Source: Neodothiora populina (Eukaryota). From it: a DNA stretch of 64,000 nucleotides. Position numbers and translations under genes: made by a program. The stretch spans positions 1,240,001 to 1,304,000 of the forward strand of contig NW_027191417.1 in NCBI RefSeq assembly GCF_041146345.1, in the 5' to 3' direction. A model generated the notes under the pieces. That model was not told where the DNA came from. It worked only from the letters and a program-made list of their open reading frames with translations, and made no database searches. Shown here one piece after another: positions 24,837 through 38,231 of this stretch (positions within the stretch are counted from its first letter, which is position 1; the number at the start of each line of letters is the position of its first letter).

Positions 24837-27800
24837 ATGGAGAGTAATACTCCTCCAAAGAAGAAGCGAGTCGGCTTTACTCCAGACCAATCAGAACCGG
24901 CGCGCAAGGAGAGACCTATTGGCATTATCCTTCCAGCGCGACATACTCTATCTCCGCCAGACCTGAGTCCTACAGTGTACTCTCCGACCGAGAGTTTCAT
25001 GGGAACAGGAGACCACTCGCGAAGCAATAGCAATGACGCATTGATCCCCTCCGATTCACGACCGGATCCAGGTCGCGCTCATCTACCTCATGTCTCTGCA
25101 GAAGTCACCGATCAGATCCGTGCTGCTTTCACGAGTAACCCAGTACCCAAACCGAGGCCTGTTCTTCGACGTGGTGATTCTGTCAGCTCTCTAACGCCGG
25201 ATTATCTGGATACGGTTCAGGATATGCGAGCAAGAGAGGCTCACGAACGTGGGAAACGATTAGAGCACGACGAACGTGTCAGATCAGCACCGACTTCGAG
25301 ACGCCCTTCACCTAACCGACGACTGCGACCGAGCTTCCTGGCCAGTGACATCCCACTGGAGGAAATCGCCGTGCATAGCGACGATGAAGGTACGTCTAAT
25401 ATTATTCCTACTGCTTGTCGTTTGCAGACCAGAGACGCTCTACGCTACATTCATGAGCTAGGCGATCTCGCAAGCTTGTATACCATATCCAGCGAACAGC
25501 AGACGGCTAACATCAAACAGAAGAAGCAACTTTTCCCAAGTCCGATGCCCTTCACAAGGAAGTTCACAGGCTAGTACAACTGCACACCAACAAAGCTTCT
25601 CATGTCCTGCACCACGACCAAGGAGCAGAATCCAGCGGCCATGCATCTGGAGCAGTGACTCCCATCGAAGACAAGAGAAATTTCGACATGTATGTGCCTA
25701 AGCCGGATCGTTACAGAGGCGGTGTTCTCGGATCTTTGTTGAAGCTATACAATGATCAGTCGGGATCACCAAGAGGGAGCCGGTCTCCCAACATGCCTCG
25801 GGGAGCTCACCACCGGTTGGGAAGCAGTTTCAGTGGCTGGGATAGTGGCGCGACGACACCAGCGGCATCGCCTCCAGGTTCTGGCGCTTCGACACCTATA
25901 GGCGGAAGATCCGCCAGGTCTTGGACATCTCCCTTCAAACACCAACATGGCAACAGCTCGACGTCTTCCTTAGCACACCTGGTCAGTGGTTCGCTTGCTG
26001 GCGCATCGCCCGTTATGGGACTTGGGGAACAGGTTTCAGAACGTCTAAGACAGCAGCAAGCAGAGAAGAAGCGTCCAAATATGAAGAGACGAAGCAGCTC
26101 GAATATGTTTGGAAGACATAGCCGACCACGACTCGAAGACGAAATCAGGATCACTATCCATATCGCCGAAACGATTGCCCGCCAAAGGTATTTGCTCAAG
26201 CTATGTAAAGCGTTGATGCAATACGGGGCACCAACACATCGTTTGGAGGAATACATGAAGATGAGTGCTAGAGTTCTGGAGATAGATGCTCAATTTCTCT
26301 ACATTCCTGGCTCGATGATCATGTCGTTTGACGATCAATCCACCCATACCACCGAGGTTAAGCTCGTCAAGGTGGCTCAGGGTCTTGATCTCGGCAAGCT
26401 TGCTGATACGCATGAGGTGTATAAAGAGGTTGTCCATGATCGGCTTGGCGTGGAAGAGGCTACGAAGAGGTTAGAAGAGGTCATGAAGAAGCCTAACAAG
26501 CACAACAAGTGGGCTCTGATCCCCGTATATGGCCTGGCTTCTGCTGCGGTCGGGCCATTTGCGTTCAACGCGAGAGCCATCGATCTTCCCATCGCCTTCT
26601 TTCTTGGATGCATTGTCGGTTTTCTGCAACTCATCGTCACACCAAGATCGGACCTTTATGCCAACGTCTTCGAGGTCGGCGCTGCTGTCATAACATCATT
26701 CCTCGCCCGTGCCTTTGGATCGATAGCGGGAGGCAATGTCTTCTGCTTCTCTGCGCTTGCACAATCGTCGATCGCGCTCATCCTACCCGGTTACACGGTG
26801 CTTTGCGCGTCGTTGGAGCTCCAGTCCAGGTCACTTGTCGCCGGTAGTGTACGTATGGTATATGCCATTATCTACACACTATTTCTGGGTTTTGGTATTA
26901 CCATCGGTACGTCAAATTTGTGGGCCTCTCTAATTTGAATGTCTCGCTGACTTTGAGTACGATAGGCACTGCCATCTATGGGATTTTTGATAAAAACGCC
27001 AGTTCTGAAACGACTTGCAAGAACCCGATTGGACATCACTACTTCTTCATCGCAGTCCCGATATTCTCCATGTGTTTGATCGTCATCAACCAAGCCAAAT
27101 GGCGTCAAGCACCGATAATGCTTATAATTGCTTTTGGGGGGTATATTGTCAACTTCTACAGCTCTTTACGCTTCGCAGGCAACACTCAAGTCAGTAATAC
27201 GCTTGGTGCTTTGGCCATCGGTGTAATGGCCAATGTGTACTCCCGCATGGGATCGCGGATGGAGAATAAATGCCTTGATATCTGGGAAGATCGTCTCCGA
27301 CCCATCTGGCACAGAGTCCTTCGTGCTTTCAGGGGGAACAGGTCGAGAAATAACGTATGTGACCTATTGACACATTATTCGCGAGAGACACATGATACTG
27401 ACAGTCGCAACAGCCTTCCATCAAGCTTGAGACGCCTGACGCCGAGACTGGCATTATTGGTGATGGCGAAAGTGCAATGTTTATCAGGCATACGCGCAAG
27501 GTGGGCTACGGTTTAGCGGCTGCTGCCATGTTACCTGCTATCTTTGTGCAGGTGCCTAGTGGGCTGGCCGTGTCTGGATCATTGGTATCCGGTATAGCTG
27601 CTGCAAACCAGATTTCGTAGGTTACATCAGTCTTTCCTGTTCTTCCAGTCTTGCGTCGGAAGCCATGGAGCATTTGAAGTACCACTAGTTCTAACACTTG
27701 ATTTAGGGGTAACGCTACGAACGGTACCACAGTCGTTAACAGCACCGATCCCGTGGTAGCAGGCAGTCTCAACAACATTGCATTTAACGTCGGCTATTCC

Positions 27801-27899
27801 GTCATCCAGGTTGCCATTGGCATCACGGTCGGATTGTTCTTGAGCGCTATCGTCGTTTATCCCATGGGCAAGAGGAGGAGTGGACTGTTTTCGTTTTAA
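24837..27899 (+). CDS. Pheromone-regulated membrane protein Prm10-like (ThrE/DUF1212 putative threonine/serine exporter), multi-exon
   Basis: ITIHIAETIARQRYLLKLCKALMQYGAPTHRLEEYM, ALAQSSIALILPGY, ELQSRSLVAGSVRMVYAIIY, many TM helices, C-terminal YPMGKRRSGLFSF*. First intron 25390-25520. Confidence 0.88.
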
Positions 27900-29792
27900 A
27901 CTCATGACCACCACATACGGTGGCTGCATCGCACTAAGGCGTTTTTCTTCTTTTACTCGAAAAAGGTGGTCCCCTTCGTTTTTTCTTTTTTATGGTTGGC
28001 GGGGTCTATCTAATGATGGAAACAAAAATAATGGCTGCTTCATTCCTTGTCCTTTTGGGTTTTCCTTTGCTCAGCGTTTCTCTCTCTCTCACACACACTC
28101 ACACACACTCAAGATACGACAGACTCGGGACTGGACTCTTTGACCGGCGTTACATAGATTTACAGGCACATGACGACTACTCATGATCTCCTTTTAGACG
28201 TTAATTCACCATCGAATCTCTCTTTTCTATTTCTTCATCGATCGTCCTGCTTTGCTGCCTCGATCCAGTTTTATGCTTTCTTGATGACTTAGACCATGCA
28301 GGTGTACCGGAGACTGACCCAGGCTTGTATGCACGCACAAAAGTCACTTTCATATTGGCCTGACAACAATAACAAAGAAAAGGCTCGACATCCCTGTCAA
28401 GCCACATCTGCAGACAGGTTCTTCACATGTGGCGTGCGTACGTGCGTTGTACCTTACCGACGTGTGTATATGGTTCTATCCGTATTGATGTCAGGGAGGC
28501 AAGAGCAGAGTTTCTCTACGGTCTGTGTCCTCGGATAAGAGACATATGCATTCGTATAGTCCGCGAGATATGACCTCTGATAAGTGTACCTTGATGTTTC
28601 TAGAAGGCCAAGCAAGTGTAGCAAGGTCACTTCCGGCGTCTCCGTATTTGTTTACTCACCTGAGGTACCGGAGGTAAACTCACCTTATCATCTCTTCACA
28701 TGCACTTGTATGTACAAACCTTATGCGGGGGATATTTTTAGTTGTTGCCGTGTAGCTGACGTGCTCGGTGGTAAGGCGATTGGTGGAGTGAGTGGTGTGA
28801 GCCTTTCTGGGTTTTGATGTGGGTGGGTTCGGTGTTACTGTGTGTCTTTTATTCATCTTACTGTACAAGGTACCATTTTCGAGAGCCCTAGCTACTTATC
28901 CTGGAGGGCTCATAGTCTTTAGGGTCATACGATCGAACGTTGATCAAAGGCAAGATAAGGTGAGAAGATGAGTGAGCTGTGACATATTGCAGTCGTGATA
29001 CAATATTGAAGATCAGGAGCACAATGCTGTACACACTTCGCCTGAGAAGAAGCATCACGGAGACGAACATCGATAAATAAGGTAATCTTGTGTCTACTAT
29101 TCCTCGACCATGGAAAGGTGTAAGGAATTGCCATATCTGCACCGCTTCTTGTGTGTTTTCACATTCAGGCGCAGGTATCCATACACGCGTATGCTGCGGG
29201 CAGCTTCTGACCCATGATATGGCACGCAGATAGCAGAGTCCAGAGACGTCGGAACTGCAAAGCATGGGACAACCTAGGTGATCTGTAAACGTCGAGACGC
29301 ATACTGTTACAGGTCCCACACTTGGGAAGCCCTGGTCTCTGGTTGTCGGGATGTGGTAAATTATGTCAGGAGAACATCTGGCGATAAGCACGTGCAGAGG
29401 AACGACATGTGATGACAGAGATACATCTTTGCTCTGTTGAAGATGTCGTGCTACCTGCCCTATTGTGTTAATGTTCACCGAAAACATATTTGGTGAAGAA
29501 TGGAAGTTGCGATAGCTCGCTGTGACGTGTGGCTCTTTCCCGCTTCGGCTTGCCCTGTAGGAGAGCTTAACACTACAACACTTCATATGCTGTACCAACC
29601 TGATTGCTCTTCATGCCTTACGAACATGAGAACCATCCAATGTCGTACTAAGCCTGCACTACAGGGACTGTGATACAGCTTAGTGATTGACGTCCCTTAC
29701 CTCCCAACCATTGCATTGAACGTTGCTCGATCTCATTTCGTGCCAGTAGACCTGCAGCTTCAACAGCAGCTTAGTCTAGCACATTGTTTGTC

Positions 29793-31208
29793 ATGGATGC
29801 ACTGCCCGAAGAGCTGAAGCTCCACATCGTATCCTTTCTCGACACCTCGCCACCTTCAGCTGGATGGCATGAGCAAGACCCGTCCCTTCTGGTATCATGG
29901 TGCTGTGTGGATGCGACGCCGTTAAAGAGTCTCTCTCTCGTCTCAAAGGCATGGTGCCGTTTAACCCGTGAGGCATTATTTCGCTGTTGCCGGATGAGGA
30001 TAAATTGGAGAAAATATGAAGGCACCACGAGTCATTGTTCATCGCCTTTCAAGATTTCGTCAACAGCGATGGATCATGACAACGTGCCAGAATCCACAAG
30101 CAAAGATATTAGCACTGACACAGGTATAGACTGGGTTAGATATATTGAACTTGATCTTGCACAAGAAGAGGAACCTTGCCCTTCGACAAGAGCTGCCGCG
30201 TGGATCCAATGCCTTGGTCGCACGTTCTCGGACTTCTCGTCGTTCTTGTCGTCCTCTACTGTAGCCGCCCCTGATCACAAGCGCAGCAGCAACGATGGTA
30301 TTGCCAGAGTGGTGCAAAGCTTTACTCTCATGATAAGAGGAGAAATATACGACAGTCCGCACTTTCAAGACGACCCTTTCTTCACTCACGGAGTGGGTGC
30401 TTTCTGGAACTTGTTGTTTCAAATCATTGATCCGAGTGCCGTGATCCTGCTGGCGCCACCCGGCGCGCTCGCCTGTCTCGTAGAATCCCCTATTCACATG
30501 GATGACTCTTGGGCATTTACAGGCATGAGCCATCAGGTTTTGGGATTATCCAGACCATCTTTTCCGTCATCATCCCAGACCCTATACGATATCCAGCAAA
30601 GAAATGGGAGCACACTCATCAAGAAGCGTCCCTGGACGAGCATAACTCTCAATGAGGGCTCCTTCCTGAGCGTCTACAGCACTTATGAATACTTCCTCAA
30701 ACAACCCCCTAGTATATTTGGTACTGGGTCCAGCAATATTTACCTTACCATGTCAGATCTGACATCTTTTTCGTATCGTGCTATATTCCCATTCACCAAT
30801 CATGTCCAGGATGCAGTTCAGTGGCCATACTCTCTCCTCAGGCCCACCAGCGAAGACACTCTTCCCTGTCCAGGACTCAAGCACATCAGGATTCAATTGT
30901 CGCCAAACATGGCCACTGACCCACACTGGGCCACGAGCGACAAGATCGGCAGGGCAGATCTCAGCGACTGCTGGCAAGAGGTCGAAGATGCATACGAGCC
31001 AATGCTGCGATGGTACAGATTGACTCGCCCTCCTCTCCCACCCGACCTGGACCACCTGGACGACAGATGGGCAGAACTCGACTCTTTCGCCACTTCGGAC
31101 GTCGGGTTCGATAATCTGGCCAGAGTGATTGAACCTGCGTTCGACGCTGAGGCGTGGGAGATGGAGTGCCACCATGACCCAGGTGTTGTGCAGTGGAAGA
31201 GAGTATAG
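29793..31208 (+). CDS. Fungal F-box-like protein, single exon
   Basis: N-terminal MDALPEELKLHIVSFLD...LKSLSLVSKAWCRL fits an F-box pattern. 471-aa uninterrupted ORF. Confidence 0.7.
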   Translation: MDALPEELKLHIVSFLDTSPPSAGWHEQDPSLLVSWCCVDATPLKSLSLVSKAWCRLTREALFRCCRMRINWRKYEGTTSHCSSPFKISSTAMDHDNVPESTSKDISTDTGIDWVRYIELDLAQEEEPCPSTRAAAWIQCLGRTFSDFSSFLSSSTVAAPDHKRSSNDGIARVVQSFTLMIRGEIYDSPHFQDDPFFTHGVGAFWNLLFQIIDPSAVILLAPPGALACLVESPIHMDDSWAFTGMSHQVLGLSRPSFPSSSQTLYDIQQRNGSTLIKKRPWTSITLNEGSFLSVYSTYEYFLKQPPSIFGTGSSNIYLTMSDLTSFSYRAIFPFTNHVQDAVQWPYSLLRPTSEDTLPCPGLKHIRIQLSPNMATDPHWATSDKIGRADLSDCWQEVEDAYEPMLRWYRLTRPPLPPDLDHLDDRWAELDSFATSDVGFDNLARVIEPAFDAEAWEMECHHDPGVVQWKRV

Positions 31209-32543
31209 GTGTATGATGTTGTTGCCGCGGACATGTAGAGCAGTGGGTCACCTGCATTGTAACAGTACTATCAGTCTCTTCTTCGACATGCTTAACCCAA
31301 CGCATGCATGGTCTTCTCCTTTTTCTCTACTTTTCTTCTTTCTGTACACTACTAGCTGCTACCTCAAAAACGAGCATATCTGGGCGTGCACATGCAGCCG
31401 GAGAAGGAAAGCTTCAATTCTCGATTGAATCAGAGATCATCATATCTCTCAAAAGCGTATGACAACGGTGCTGATATAGAGTATTACGAGAACAATGATA
31501 AATCACGAACGAGAGAAAGCTTCAGTCAATCAATCAAATCTGTCATTTGTGAATAGAAACCCTGTAGAGCCCCCCTTCGACCAAGGAAAGAAACAAAACC
31601 CCCACAGTTCCTTCCTTCCCGTCGCGACTACCACTGTATGAGATAAGCAGCAACAAAGAAGGAGTGAGAAGTAGGGGGAAAAAAAAGCAGGACCAAGATC
31701 TAGGGGAAGGAGTTCGATCACAGCAAGACAAAAATCAGAGAGACGAAAAGACTCGAGCAAAAATAGAAACAAGAAAAAGACAATAAGAACAGCTATCAGC
31801 AAAGCACCACTGCTCGAAAGAGACGATAAAGGCCTCGAAGCAGTCCCCCCTGCTGCCACCCCTCCCTTCTTCAGAAGCCCGTCGCTGGAGGGGTGGTGGA
31901 GAATTTTTCTACTGCTGGCTGGCTACACGGCCCTTCGGTTCGCCTGCACTACTCTCCTTTCGCAGAACTCGCCACTCGCTTGCTGTCACGTTTCGTCCGT
32001 TGATGCTAGCTAGCAAGAAGCGGAAGAGGAGCGGCAGTCGAAAGAGGGAGACGCAAGCAAGAAACTTCCTTCGTGCCCTCATTCCGCCGACGATATTCAA
32101 GATGTCGCTGACGTCTTGATCACCAGCGGATGATGCATGACACGCTGCTCGAGTCGAGGAATGATCCAGGGGCATGCATATCTACCTCCTACGCTGCCCT
32201 TGCCCCCTTTTGTTCTTGTCTACGGATCCACTTTCGCTACTTCAAGTGATCGGGGAGTAAAGTCCTGCGGAGAGAAAAGCTCATGGGGATCCAAATTTGT
32301 GGTCCTGTTGTTCTGCGTCGCATGCATACACAAACGATCGTCATTGGCGGCGATGATTCTTCGTATCTTCGGTGTAGCAAGAATTGTCCCTGAGGGTGCG
32401 AGGACAAAATCCCCTCGCGGATTGACACCGTTCGAATTGATGTGGCGGGAGAAAAAGACTCGGGGCGGATGCATGCCCTCCCTCATTTCGATGAGAAAGA
32501 CGGGAACAAGAAGAAGAAGAAGAAGAAAAAATCATCCGACACA

Positions 32544-35500
32544 TCAGTCATAAGCGCCCAGACCGACTTGACTTGCGAACGCAGTGCTGATGCTTCTAGC
32601 ATCGTCGTCATCGAGACGACTACCGCCACGGGTGCTTGGTGCACCACCGCCCTCGACGTAGCGCTTGAGACGGTCCGATTGACTGAGTGAGGCTTGCTTG
32701 CCGAGATCATTGATACTGAGCCCGGCGAGCGAGACGCCACCTTGACCGGGCGCACCATGCTTGCCGTTGACACCGTTGGCGGCTGTGGTGGTCGTGATGT
32801 CGGTGATCTCGCTGGCTGCTACACTCTCACCGGCAACGCTCTCGGCGGCGTTGTCGCGCTTGCCGGGGACACCATGGCCACCATTGCGGCCTGGAAGGGT
32901 TGGCCACGCCTCGGTGAAGTTCTGGAACATGGGCGGATAATTGGATGGGAGAGCGGCGCCACCGAGCGCAGACGAGTGCACCGATGACACGTCATCAGGA
33001 ATGTAACCCACGACAGAGCCGTTGTCGTTGTAGCCATTGTCTCTCGGACGGCCGTTCTGACGAGCATCGCGGTTGCTCGCAGCTGCCATGTTGGTAGCGT
33101 GTTGGTAAGCCATCTGGTAGCGCTGAGGACCGCGGTAGGTGGTCTTGGGACGACTGAACTGGAGGAGCGACACCTGGAGGTTGGTGAGCGGACCCTCGAC
33201 CAGGCAATTGCGCTCCTTGAAGTGCAGCAAAAGATAGTGCCAAAGCGGGTGCTTGCTCAGGACCTTGGGGTTACCCAGGATGACCAGACCGTACTTGGCA
33301 CGGGTCAGAGCGACATTGAGACGACGAGGGTCCGACAAGAAACCAATACCCTGGTGGTCGTTGGAACGGACGCAGGAGAGGACGATGAAATCCTTCTCGC
33401 GACCTTGGAAGGCATCGACGGAGGCGACTTCGATCTCCTTGTAGTGCTCCTTCTTGAACGTGCCCGATGCTTGCATAGAAGAGACGACGTACGAGCGCTG
33501 TCCCTCGTATGGAGTAATGATACCGATGTCTTGAGGCTGGACTCCGGCCTTGAAGAAGCGAGTGACAATCTTCTCGACGTTCTGGGCTTCGGTACGGTTG
33601 AGATAAGAGGTCCCGGACGCCGAGATCTCCTCATTACCCAGGTTCGACCAGAACATCATGGGCGAATCGACGACTGGCCATGGAAAGTCGACTTCCTTCC
33701 TGAGACGCTGATGCATAGTGACACCGTTCTGGAGAGAGCCCTCGTAGAACATGTTGGAGGGGAACTCGGACAAGCAAGGGTGCATGCGGTACTGGACCTG
33801 GAGACGGATGGGAGCACAGCCAAGGATGACCAGACGCTCGAAGAGGGACTGGTTGAGCCCGGCCTTTGCGGCCTTCTTGTTCATGATGACGGGGCCAAGC
33901 TGCTGGTGATCGCCAACAAGGACGACTTGCTTGCATCCGAGGACAAGAGGAATCATACACTCGGGCTCGGCCGACTGGGTGGACTCGTCGATGAGAACGG
34001 TGCGGAACTTGAGTTTGGCCAAGCGTGGGTCGCCGGCACCGACACAGGTGCAGCAGATGACATGGGCGTTCTGCAAGATCTCGCGCTCGGCGTTGCGCAC
34101 GAGCTGCTTGTATTTCTTCTCGTCCTGACTGGAAAGCTCTCCGAGTTCGCCCTTGAGCTGGTTAAGCTTGTTGAGCTCGACATTGGTGTCGTTCATGCGG
34201 ACCTGCTCGTGCAGAGACAAAAAGCCGACCGGAGACTCGACATCCTCACGAGACTTGGCCGTGACGCGCACCGTCTTGAGACCGGTGCGGTGGATGCGCT
34301 CACAGAGTTGGTCAACAGCGACGTTGGAGGGCGCGCACACGAGAACCTGACCGCCGTTGATTCTAGCAAGGTGGTAGATGATGGTGGCCGAAGTGACGGT
34401 TTTGCCAGTACCGGGAGGACCTTGGATCAAGCTCAGAGGCTTCTGCAGCACACTCTTGACAGCGTTGATCTGACTGCCGTTGAGTTCGGGCAGACCGGGA
34501 ACACTGAACTTGCGGGGAAGCTGCGTCTTCATGGGGGCAGCAGCGACCTCGTGACCAAGGAGACGGTGGAAGATGTAGCCAGAAACGCTCATCTCGTCGA
34601 CGGCAAAGGTCTTCATGGCGTGCTGCATGCGGTCGAAAGAAGTGGCCTTCCAGACATAATCGGCGCTGAAGTTGTGGGTGCACTCGGTGGGGACGGACTT
34701 GTGGTCGCCCTTTGATCTCAACTCGATGCTGACTTCGTCGGACTGGTTGTTTGGGATTTTGATGACATAACCCACGCCCTCCCAGTGAGGTCTGAGCTCG
34801 CCAGTGTAGCGCAGGCGCATCTCGTCACCGACGGCGAGCTTGACGTCGCCGAGCTCGAGCTTGGGCAGGACGAAGCTGGCCAGATGCTTGTTGTTCAGGC
34901 CGTAGTCCCAGCGCACGATGAGTCCATCCTGGGACTGAGCCTCCTTGAGTTTGCGGTCGTAGTCGGCCTCGATCTTGACCAGAGGACCAAAGACGTTTTG
35001 GTACTGGTATGCGTCGTCGTAGCGCAGCAGGACAGGGGCGGGCTCATCGTCGACTCCGGCACCCTTTTCGAGGTCGGCAATGGTGGCGGTGGCATTGTCC
35101 TTCCACATCTCTTCCAACCTCGCAATCATCTGAGGGAGCAGGTGGCGCGCGCGCATCTGCTCTTGGTCGCTGGGCCAAGACACGAGCCAGGGCAGGAAGG
35201 AGCGATCTTCGATGAGAGGTTGCCAGCGGGAGGTGTCCCAGTTCATGTCTTTGGAGGAAGGCATTGCGGCACAGGGCTGGCGACAGAGGAGGACGACGAC
35301 GGTGTCGGACTTTGCGGGAATGAAGCCGAGAAGGAAGACGTTCTTGGTGCCGCAGTTGTAGCACTCGAGCACGGTGTCCCCGAGAGGCGAGGAAGGGTGC
35401 AGCTGGACCTCCTTGTGGCGCGCTCTCACCAGATGGTTGATGATGTGCGAGGAAGAGGTGTTGCCACGGGCGCTGCAGAACCATTTGTTGCAGGACAGAC

Positions 35501-35893
35501 ATTTGACGACGCTGCTCGGGTTGTGGATGCCGCAGTAGCTGTGGGGTCAGTGTGTGTGATTGAGTAGGGAAGCAAAAGCAAGACTTACGCGCAAGCATGA
35601 TCGGGCAGCTCGACCTGCTCTTCCTTTGGGTTTTCTTGCTGTGCATCTGCGCCACCGTTCACAACAGCGCTGGCCAGACTATCGAGGTCGTCGTCGTCGT
35701 CGTAGACCTCTGTCTCATCATCCTCATCGCCGACCCTGCGTCTGCGAGGCCCGCCAGTCAGGTTGCCGCGGCCGTATTCCCTGTCGAGGGCAGCCTCGTC
35801 GGCGTCGATGGTGGACAGGTCGTCTCCGGCGTTGATTGCACTGGCGGAATCGGAGATGAGATGGTTGCCCAGGTGGGTGAAGGCGCCTTCCAT
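32544..35893 (-). CDS. UPF1: Regulator of nonsense transcripts 1 (Upf1/Nam7 SF1 RNA helicase); intron 35539-35588
   Basis: CH domain ([32 protein letters not shown]), Walker [49 protein letters not shown]. Confidence 0.98.
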
Positions 35894-36678
35894 GGCCGAA
35901 GCCCTTGCTGCCTGTTCTGCCTCTTTCGCTGGCCCTGTGATGCACTCACTACTCCAGGCGTGTGTGCTGAGGGAGTGTAGTCGTGATGCTGTTTGCGATG
36001 GAGCAGGCGAAGCTCTGCAAACCCGTTAATTCAGGACTGGTAATGGTGGTGGCAGCGAGAGCTAACAGTACTTGTGTTAGTGTCCAGTTGCAGGGCTGGC
36101 TACCTTACCTTGCCGTTGGTGATGTACCTTACAAAGTACAGTGCAGTATAATAATTGTGTGGCGCGGGGTTGCACTAGTGCGTGCGGTGCCAGTTTGGAA
36201 AAGTCCAGACAGACTGTCACGGCAGTCAAGGAAGTGTTGTGGTGCAAGAGATACAAGAGATGTATGTAATGACCGACAAAGCAATGAGACTTGTTCTGGA
36301 CAAGCCGAGAGTTGCTGCGTGAAAGGGACCAAATAAGGTCAACTTGTTGCAGTTGCACCTGCAGCGTATCAAAGAAGGCACAGGTAAAGGTACTAATAAT
36401 CAATCAATCACTTGTACCTTGCTCGAAGCATTCATTGGCCCAAGGTCAGGTAAGGTACAAGTAATGCTGGTTGAACATGAGTAATTCTGCAAGTCTCCGC
36501 CACAGCCTCGTGACTCGCGACACCTGCAAACACGGCAGGCAAACACCGAAGATTCAAAATATCGTCGATAAATTACAATCAACAAAATATCATTTTCATC
36601 TCTCTGACCGAGCCTCGCGCATAGAAGAATAGTCATCACATCAAGAAAAAAGACGGCTCCTCTCACCGACCGACAATC

Positions 36679-37566
36679 ATGCTCCGTCGACAGGCTCGCG
36701 AGCGTCGCGACTACATCTACCGCCGTGCTCTGACGCTGCGCGATGCCGAGATTGCAGAAAAGAGAGCCAAACTCAAGGCTTCGCTGGCCTCTGGAAAAGC
36801 CCTCGATCCCTCCATCGCAAACGACAAGTCGCTACGCACCGACTACAAGTTCGACGAGTCAAGAGCCGACCGCTCGACGGCTGAAGAGCTGGAGCTGGAC
36901 GACGAGTACTCGCATCTCTCCGGCGTCGTGGATCCTCGCATCCTAGTCACCACCTCTCGCGATCCCTCGACCCGTCTCGCTTCCTTCTCCAAAGAGATCC
37001 GTCTCCTGTGTCCCGGCGCCGTGCGTCTCAACCGCGGAAACCTCATCCTGCCCAATCTGGTGGGTTCGGCCAAGAGCTCGGGTCTGTCGGACATGATCCT
37101 GCTGCACGAACACAGAGGCACTCCGACCGCCATGACCGTCTCACATTTCCCCCACGGGCCCACCGCCTCCTTCTCTCTGCACAACGTCGTTCTGCGCGCC
37201 GACATCCCCAATGCCTCGCGCGGCACCGTCAGCGAGAGCTACCCCCACCTCATCTTCGAGGGCTTCACCACGCCCCTCGGCAAACGCATCGTCAAGATCC
37301 TGCAGCACCTTTTTCCTCCGCGAGAGCCCTCGACCCAGCTCGGCAGCAGAGTGGTGACGTTCAAAAACATCGACGACAGCATCGAGGTCCGACACCACGT
37401 CTTCGTCAAGACGGGACACCAGAGCGTCGAGCTCGCCGAGGTCGGCCCCAGGATGACCATGAGGCTCTTTGAGATCCGAGGCGGCACGCTCGAGAACAAG
37501 GACGGCGACGTCGAGTGGCACATGAACCAATACACCCGCACCAGCAGGAAAAAGGACTATCTGTGA
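36679..37566 (+). CDS. IMP4: U3 snoRNP protein Imp4 (Brix domain), single exon
   Basis: MLRRQARERRDYIYRR, VTTSRDPS, HEHRGTP, SHFPHGPTA, YPHLIFEGF, ELAEVGPRMTMRLFEI, YTRTSRKKDYL. Confidence 0.97.
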   Translation: MLRRQARERRDYIYRRALTLRDAEIAEKRAKLKASLASGKALDPSIANDKSLRTDYKFDESRADRSTAEELELDDEYSHLSGVVDPRILVTTSRDPSTRLASFSKEIRLLCPGAVRLNRGNLILPNLVGSAKSSGLSDMILLHEHRGTPTAMTVSHFPHGPTASFSLHNVVLRADIPNASRGTVSESYPHLIFEGFTTPLGKRIVKILQHLFPPREPSTQLGSRVVTFKNIDDSIEVRHHVFVKTGHQSVELAEVGPRMTMRLFEIRGGTLENKDGDVEWHMNQYTRTSRKKDYL

Positions 37567-38144
37567 TGATCGACGCAACCAAATGTTTTTTTTTTCCTTC
37601 TCAGCAGCACCATCCAACGATACCCACACCTCGTCATGAACCAGAGTCGCAGCTCTATACTATATACCATGGCACGACAACCCGAGGAACGACGAGGACC
37701 ACGACGGGCAGCAGCAGCAGCAGCAGCCAACCGCCAACCGCCAACCCAACCCCAAACGCAGAGACAGAGACATTCCCACCCGCCGTCGTCGTCAACACAT
37801 GCCCTCGAGCCGACAAAGGCGTCGCAACCACTCCTCCCTTCTGGGCAATCTGTCTGCCCTTCTCCGAAACAACAAGAAACATGGGAAAATACCTTTTCAC
37901 GGAAAGATGGAGTATCGAACAATTGCCGGGTTCGTCACTTCGCGCTGTCGGCGGTCTACGGCGGTGCATGCAGGGCCGTGTACAGCGGTGGACTGACCGA
38001 ACAGAGGCCGAGGATGGCGGTCGAAAGAGAGGCAGGGATGGGCAATAACGATGGTCAGCGAAGAATCAAGAAAGAGAGAGATACGAACAACGGCAGAGCA
38101 CTAGACCTACGACGAGTAATAAAGGCATGGGATACTCGTAACCA

Positions 38145-38147
<3 letters not shown>

Positions 38148-38227
<80 letters not shown>
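38148..38227. repeat. (CT)n dinucleotide microsatellite, ~40 units, followed by a short (TAGTG)n run at ~38266-38281
   Basis: Directly visible perfect CT run between the convergent IMP4 and IDO 3' ends. Confidence 0.98.

Positions 38228-38231
<4 letters not shown>

Noticed and set aside
28888..29598. 236-aa minus-strand ORF upstream of the F-box gene
   Set aside because: Non-ATG start, no motifs and random-looking composition. Cannot be supported as coding.
33099..35567. Long + strand ORFs (538 aa, 260 aa) antisense to UPF1
   Set aside because: Shadow ORFs caused by strong C/G third-position codon bias in a conserved gene. No recognisable protein features.
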